The notes under the pieces are model-generated. The model worked only from the letters and a program-made list of their open reading frames with translations. It searched no databases and had not been told where the DNA came from. From Candidatus Gottesmanbacteria bacterium (GTDB taxonomy: Bacteria > Patescibacteriota > Microgenomatia > UBA10105 > UBA927), in contig OY969569.1 of assembly GCA_963701185.1 (NCBI GenBank), positions 181,735 through 245,734 on the forward strand: 64,000 nucleotides of DNA, in the 5' to 3' direction. A program made the position numbers and the translations under genes. Positions 59,118 through 64,000 of this stretch are shown piece after piece; the stretch's first letter is position 1, and every line of letters begins with the position of its first letter.

Positions 59118-60444
59118 ATGGATAAGTTTATTATTACCGGAGGCGTGCCGCTGAAAGGCGAAATTGCCGTTGCAGGGGCCAAAAACGTTGCACTCAAAAT
59201 TCTAGTCGCGTCTCTTTTGACGGACGAGGAGATGGTTATCCGGAACGTACCGGACATCCGTGATGTCGCTCTTATGCTGGAAGTTTTGGGAGCGTTGGGC
59301 GTCAGGTACCGCCGTGAAGGTCACACCATTCACGTCACTCATAATCACATCCGTAACGCGAAGGTTCCGCTGGATGTTGCGGCGCACCTGCGCACATCCT
59401 CAATGGTATTGGGTCCGCTGTTGGCCCGGTACGGAGCGGGTACAACACCGAATCCCGGAGGCTGCCGGCTGGGCGCGCGGCCTATTGACCGGCACGTGAG
59501 CGCCCTCAAAGACATGGGTGCGGATATTACGTACCATTCGGACGACGGATATTTTTATGCAAAAACAAAAGAACTTCATGGCGCGACGATACGTTTTCCC
59601 AAAAATACCCATACAGGCACGGAAACGATCCTCTTGGCTGCAGTCCTTGCTCGGGGGCAAACGATTCTTGAAAACGCTGCGGAGGAGGTGGAAATTGATG
59701 ATTTGATTGCCTGCTTAAATACAATGGGTGCGCGTATCCTCCGGACGCATCCTCGGACCATCGTTATTGACGGGGTACCGTCACTGCACGGAACTGAGTA
59801 TTCGATCATGCCCGACCGCAATGAAGAGGTCACGTTTGCAATAGCAGCTATCATGACAGGAGGAGATATTGTTATAAAAAATTCATCCAGGGCTAATTTG
59901 GATGCATTTCTTTCACATTTTGACGGACATTACCAATCTATTGACAACACAACAACACGATATTTTTCTGACGGTCAGATACATGCAACAAACATCGTCA
60001 CCGGGCCGCATCCGGGATTTATGACCGACTGGCAGGCTCCCTGGGCAGTACTCATGACACAGGCCCGCGGGATGTCGACCATTCACGAAACCGTATTTGA
60101 AAGCAGATTTTCCTATGTGTCGGAGTTGAAAAAAATGGGCGCGCATATAGAATTTTTTGATCCGGCGGTCGAGTAATCCCGAAGCATTTTATAATTTTAA
60201 CTGGGCCGACCGCGTCCCCGGGTACCATCAGGGAATTAAAATTACGGGACCGACGGCATTGCACAATGCGGTATTGGAGATTAATGACCTGCGTGCGGGC
60301 GCGACGCTTGTGTTGGCCGCCCTCGCAGCCCCGGGAGAAAGCGTCGTCCATGGCGTCGAGCAGGTTGACCGCGGATATGAGAAAATAGAAGAACGGCTAC
60401 GGGCATTGGGCGCCCGAATCAGGCGCGTTACGGAGGAATCATGA
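59118..60444 (+). CDS. murA: UDP-GlcNAc 1-carboxyvinyltransferase, interrupted by a one-base frameshift near 60172-60176
   Basis: GAKN, PGGCRLGARPIDRH, NAA.E.E, PDR.E, PGF.TD.Q in the first frame; DLRAGA and DRGYE in the second frame (60157-60444). Confidence 0.88.
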
Positions 60445-61724
60445 AACAAAAAAATCTTGTTGCGTTGCTTTTGGCAGGCGGTGTCGGGAAGCGGCTTTGG
60501 CCAATTAAGACCGGAAAATCGGTTTTTCCGTTTTTCGGCGGGACTGTCATTGAACATACGCTTGAGTCGCTTGCATCTGCAGGGGTGACACAGGCGGTTA
60601 TTGTGACGAATCCGCAGGACGTGCATGTGATACGGGGGATCAATGTCCCCGGAATGTCGCTGGACATTGTGGTTCAGGAGAATGCCGCGGGCATGGCGGA
60701 TGCGGTCCTTGCTGCAAAAGATGCCGTCGGCCGCCGGCCGTGCCTTATTCTGAACCCCGGTGACGTTGTGGACGATGTGTTATATGAAGGACTGGTAAAG
60801 GAAATGAATGATCACGACGCACTGGTGGTGGGGAAAAGAGTTGCTGCACATTTTCCGGGGGGATATCTGACGGTAGTCAATGACCGCCTTGTACATATTG
60901 TTGAAAAACCGGCGGCGGGTCAGGAACCATCGGATCTTGTCAATCTGGTTTTTCATTATTTTCCGGATCCCACGGATTTTTTCACAACGCTTGCGTCAAC
61001 GCAAAGTAAAAACGATGACGTGTATGAAAAGGCATTAGAGTCATATGCCGCGCTGCACACGGTCCGCGTGATTGCCTATACCGGTCCATGGCGGCCGATA
61101 AAATATCCGTGGCACGTACTGGGTGTTATGGATATGTTGTTGGGAGCCCTTGAATCGTACAAAGGGAAAAATGTGGAGATTAAAAAGAACGTGATTATTG
61201 AAGGCCCGGTCTATATAGAAGACGGAGTCAAAATCTTTGAAAATTCAAAGATTTTGGGCCCGTGTTACATCGGAAAAAATACCATTATCGGCAACAACTG
61301 CATGATCCGGGCCTCACATATAGGCGCAAACTGCGTGATCGGATTTAACTGTGACGTGACCCGAAGTTATGTCGGGAATAACTGCTGGCTCCACAGTAAT
61401 TATGTCGGCGATTCAGTTTTGGAAGGAAATATCAGTATGGGCGCAGGAGCGGCCCTTGCGAATCTCCGGTTGGACGACGCGGAAATTAAAGAAACCGGCC
61501 GTACCAAATTGGGGGCGATGATCGCTAGTGGAGTGAGAATCGGCGTGAATGCGTCCATTATGCCGGGTGTGAAGATCGGAAAAAATTCTTTTATCGGGTC
61601 GGGAGTAGTCCTTGATCGTGACATTCCTGATGATTCATTCTGTGCGGCAAAACCCGGTTACACGATTACGAAAAACAGAAAAACAGCTCCACCATCGCGC
61701 GAAGCGTTTAAAAAGAAAATTTAA
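60441..61724 (+). CDS. Bifunctional sugar-1-phosphate nucleotidyl/acetyltransferase (archaeal-type GlmU-like)
   Basis: LAGG.G.R.WP, Q..GMADAV, VEKP, YPW, hexapeptide repeats, YVGDS, ANLR.D, KLGA. Confidence 0.75.
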   Translation: MKQKNLVALLLAGGVGKRLWPIKTGKSVFPFFGGTVIEHTLESLASAGVTQAVIVTNPQDVHVIRGINVPGMSLDIVVQENAAGMADAVLAAKDAVGRRPCLILNPGDVVDDVLYEGLVKEMNDHDALVVGKRVAAHFPGGYLTVVNDRLVHIVEKPAAGQEPSDLVNLVFHYFPDPTDFFTTLASTQSKNDDVYEKALESYAALHTVRVIAYTGPWRPIKYPWHVLGVMDMLLGALESYKGKNVEIKKNVIIEGPVYIEDGVKIFENSKILGPCYIGKNTIIGNNCMIRASHIGANCVIGFNCDVTRSYVGNNCWLHSNYVGDSVLEGNISMGAGAALANLRLDDAEIKETGRTKLGAMIASGVRIGVNASIMPGVKIGKNSFIGSGVVLDRDIPDDSFCAAKPGYTITKNRKTAPPSREAFKKKI

Positions 61725-61728
61725 CTTC

Positions 61729-62451
61729 ATGAAACATCCGATTGTTATCTTACATGGGTGGGGATTGTCGGCGAAAACATTTGCGCCGCTTATTGCGCTT
61801 TTTCGCAGTCACGGGTTTCCGGTCTGGGCGCCGGACTTGCCGGGCTTTGGTAATACCAAGATCCCCCTCAAGCCGCTGGGCCTTTCCGATTATGTGAAAT
61901 TCCTTTCGGATTATATGCAGACCGAACGGATTGTCAATCCCATTGTTATCGCTCAATCGTTCGGCGGCAGGGTGGCGCTCAAATATCAGGCAACATACCC
62001 AGGCCGCATTCACGCACTGGTCTTGACCGGTACCCCGGGGTTTACCCCCGTTTCCAGGAAAAAAATAGTATTGTTCATAACAATCGCTAAAATAGGCAAA
62101 CTGTTTTTTTTGATCCCCTTTGTCAGTTTACTTCGCGATAGAGTGCGCAGCTGGTATTACTACGTTGTGGGCGCAAGAGACTATTACAGGGCCGAAGGCG
62201 TCATGCGGGAGACGTTTAAACGGATTGTTCGTGAGGAACTCGTTACCAGCATGAAGAAAGTTCATGTGCCGACGCTCCTTGTGTGGGGCGCCGATGATAT
62301 TATCATCCCCGTGTCTATTGCCCGGAAAATGAACAAAACCATCGAGAATTCAAAACTTATTGTTATACCGGACAGCGGTCACGGCGTTTCATACAAGAAT
62401 CCAAAAGAATTCTTCCGTTCGATCTATGATTTCTTGCGCTCTCTCACCTAA
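61729..62451 (+). CDS. Alpha/beta hydrolase
   Basis: LHGWG, DLPGFG, QSFGG (nucleophile Ser), WG..D, GH. Confidence 0.85.
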   Translation: MKHPIVILHGWGLSAKTFAPLIALFRSHGFPVWAPDLPGFGNTKIPLKPLGLSDYVKFLSDYMQTERIVNPIVIAQSFGGRVALKYQATYPGRIHALVLTGTPGFTPVSRKKIVLFITIAKIGKLFFLIPFVSLLRDRVRSWYYYVVGARDYYRAEGVMRETFKRIVREELVTSMKKVHVPTLLVWGADDIIIPVSIARKMNKTIENSKLIVIPDSGHGVSYKNPKEFFRSIYDFLRSLT

Positions 62452-63484
62452 TACTGAAGCAGATGATGTCTGGCTTGCGTTCAGGCTTCTTTTTGCGCCA
62501 TGGAAATGGAAACGCGGAAACGCGGTTCACTACGTTGAACAAAAGCTTGGCGGCATAGCATGTAACAGTGGACGGTCTGCCCTTCTTGCTATCCTCAAAG
62601 CGTTTGAAATCGGGAAAGGGAACGAAGTGATCGTTCAGGCGTTTACGTGCGTTGCCGTACCCAACAGCGTCCGTTGGGCTGGAGCCAGCGCTGTATTTGC
62701 AGATATTGACAACACATACAATATGGATCCGAAAGATTTTGAGAAAAAAATTACTCATAAAACAAAAGCAGTTATTGTCCAGCACACGTTCGGGATTCCT
62801 GCACGGGTTGAAGAAATTATTGCGATCGCACGAAAGCACAATATTCGGGTCATCGAGGATTTCGCCCATACCATGAGCATCCCGATGAAAGGAGACGCAG
62901 CGTTTTTCAGTTTCGGAAGAGACAAGGTCCTTTCAAGCGTTTTCGGCGGGGTCGCAGTAGGAGTCAATGTAAAAAAATACCAGAAAAATCTTGAATATCC
63001 GTCGTACGGATGGATTGCCCAACAACTTTTCCATCCCGTCGCTTTTGCAATTATATTGCCACTTTACAGAATCGGTATAGGGAAAGTAATCCTTGTTGGA
63101 TTGCAAAAATTACATTTTCTCTCATTCCCGCAAATTTCCGAAGTAAAAAAATATCCAAACGCCCTGGCGATATTACTGCTGAACCAGTTGAAAAAACTTG
63201 ACCGGTTTACGGCGCAACGATCACATGCAAGTAAAGTGTACGGGAAAGAATTTCCCTTTTTACGTTTTCCGGTATTGGTCGATGATCCACGCGCGACAAT
63301 ACAAAAATTTAAAAAACACGGAATACTTTTGGGAAATTGGTATCACAATGTCGTAGACCCAACACCGGTCGGATATAGAAAGGGCAGTTGTCCGAACGCA
63401 GAAAAAATTGCCGCGCATATTATAAATTTACCAACGCGTATATCCGTCAGTGACGCAGAAAGCGTATGGAAACATTTGTCGTAG
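62426..63484 (+). CDS. DegT/DnrJ/EryC1/StrS-family PLP enzyme
   Basis: NSGRSAL, QAFTC.AVP, QHTFG, IED.AH, FSFGRDK..SS..GG, NLPT. Confidence 0.8.
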   Translation: MISCALSPNTEADDVWLAFRLLFAPWKWKRGNAVHYVEQKLGGIACNSGRSALLAILKAFEIGKGNEVIVQAFTCVAVPNSVRWAGASAVFADIDNTYNMDPKDFEKKITHKTKAVIVQHTFGIPARVEEIIAIARKHNIRVIEDFAHTMSIPMKGDAAFFSFGRDKVLSSVFGGVAVGVNVKKYQKNLEYPSYGWIAQQLFHPVAFAIILPLYRIGIGKVILVGLQKLHFLSFPQISEVKKYPNALAILLLNQLKKLDRFTAQRSHASKVYGKEFPFLRFPVLVDDPRATIQKFKKHGILLGNWYHNVVDPTPVGYRKGSCPNAEKIAAHIINLPTRISVSDAESVWKHLS

Positions 63485-64000
63485 GATCAATGGCGACCAA
63501 CTGCTACATCGTCGACGGTATGATTATCGACCCCGGAGACGACGCGGAATATATTATGTCCCATCTCACCGTCAAACCCACGATGATTGTGGCCACGCAC
63601 GGACATTTCGATCACATCATGGCGGCATGTGCCCTGCAGCTTGCGTACAACATTCCGTTTTATATGCACGAGGGCGACTTTTTTCTTCTTTCCCGCATGC
63701 AATCATCGGCAAAATATTTTCTCGGATTAAAAGAAGTGGACCCGCCGCCGGTTCCGTCGAAAATCAAAGACCTGCCGTTTATCCACACGCCCGGACACAC
63801 ACCCGGAAGTATCTGTTTATATTTCAAAAAAGATAATATTCTTTTTTCAGGAGATACCATATTTGCAGATGGCGCCGTGGGAAGAACTGACTTTTCGTAT
63901 TCGAAGCCTCTGCTCCTTGCCGAGTCTGTCCAAAAAATTCTTGCATATCCGGCCGGAACGAGGATATTGTCCGGACACGGAGAGCAAACAACGGTAAAAA
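63466..64000 (+). CDS. Metallo-beta-lactamase fold hydrolase (glyoxalase II-like), runs off window end
   Basis: Manual translation: METFVVGSMATNCY..IDPG..THGHFDH..TPGHTPGS..FSGDT.F..GRTD..GHG. Confidence 0.88.
   Translation, partial: METFVVGSMATNCYIVDGMIIDPGDDAEYIMSHLTVKPTMIVATHGHFDHIMAACALQLAYNIPFYMHEGDFFLLSRMQSSAKYFLGLKEVDPPPVPSKIKDLPFIHTPGHTPGSICLYFKKDNILFSGDTIFADGAVGRTDFSYSKPLLLAESVQKILAYPAGTRILSGHGEQTTVK

Noticed and set aside
1-64000. tRNA, rRNA, transposase, integrase or prophage genes
   Set aside because: None recognised; intergenic gaps are mostly too short, but a covariance-model scan was not run.

Overview
Gene-dense bacterial DNA, almost all on the + strand, translated with the standard bacterial code. 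Gene content (DUF4012 protein, alpha2-type GlyRS, compact dcw cluster, many GT-C membrane proteins) suggests Patescibacteria/CPR, Microgenomates-like; this is inference. About 1-44.4 kb is a very large surface-glycan locus. Its AT-rich first ~13 kb encodes rfbF, an rfbG-like dehydratase, a DmpF/DmpG pair, a YerE-like ThDP enzyme, an AspC-like aminotransferase and a reductase, with rfbH just after; together these predict a C4-branched sugar of the erwiniose type. Many GT-C/AftD-like membrane proteins, GT2/GT4 enzymes, UXS, GalE, ManC and a priming transferase follow. The rest holds a DUF4012 protein, recO, glyQS, a 1.45-kb island, the dcw cluster (mraZ-rsmH-ftsL-ftsI-murE-pgeF-murC-murB-murA), a GlmU-like gene, hydrolases and a DegT-family gene. 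Best novelty candidates: (1) an inserted NYN (PIN-fold) nuclease gene followed by a convergent, self-contained ~60-nt RNA gene (-35/-10 promoter, hairpin, U-tract); (2) a PaaX/Cas2-like gene bracketed by two 40-bp dyads with a compensatory change, inside an integrase-free island bounded by a 34-bp direct repeat of a gene 3' end; (3) an 87-bp in-frame heptamer-repeat palindrome inside a membrane-protein gene; (4) a recurring -10 box/6-7 nt/ATG arrangement suggesting leaderless mRNAs; (5) GT4 enzymes split at the domain linker. All protein calls come from motif recognition by eye; no searches were run.
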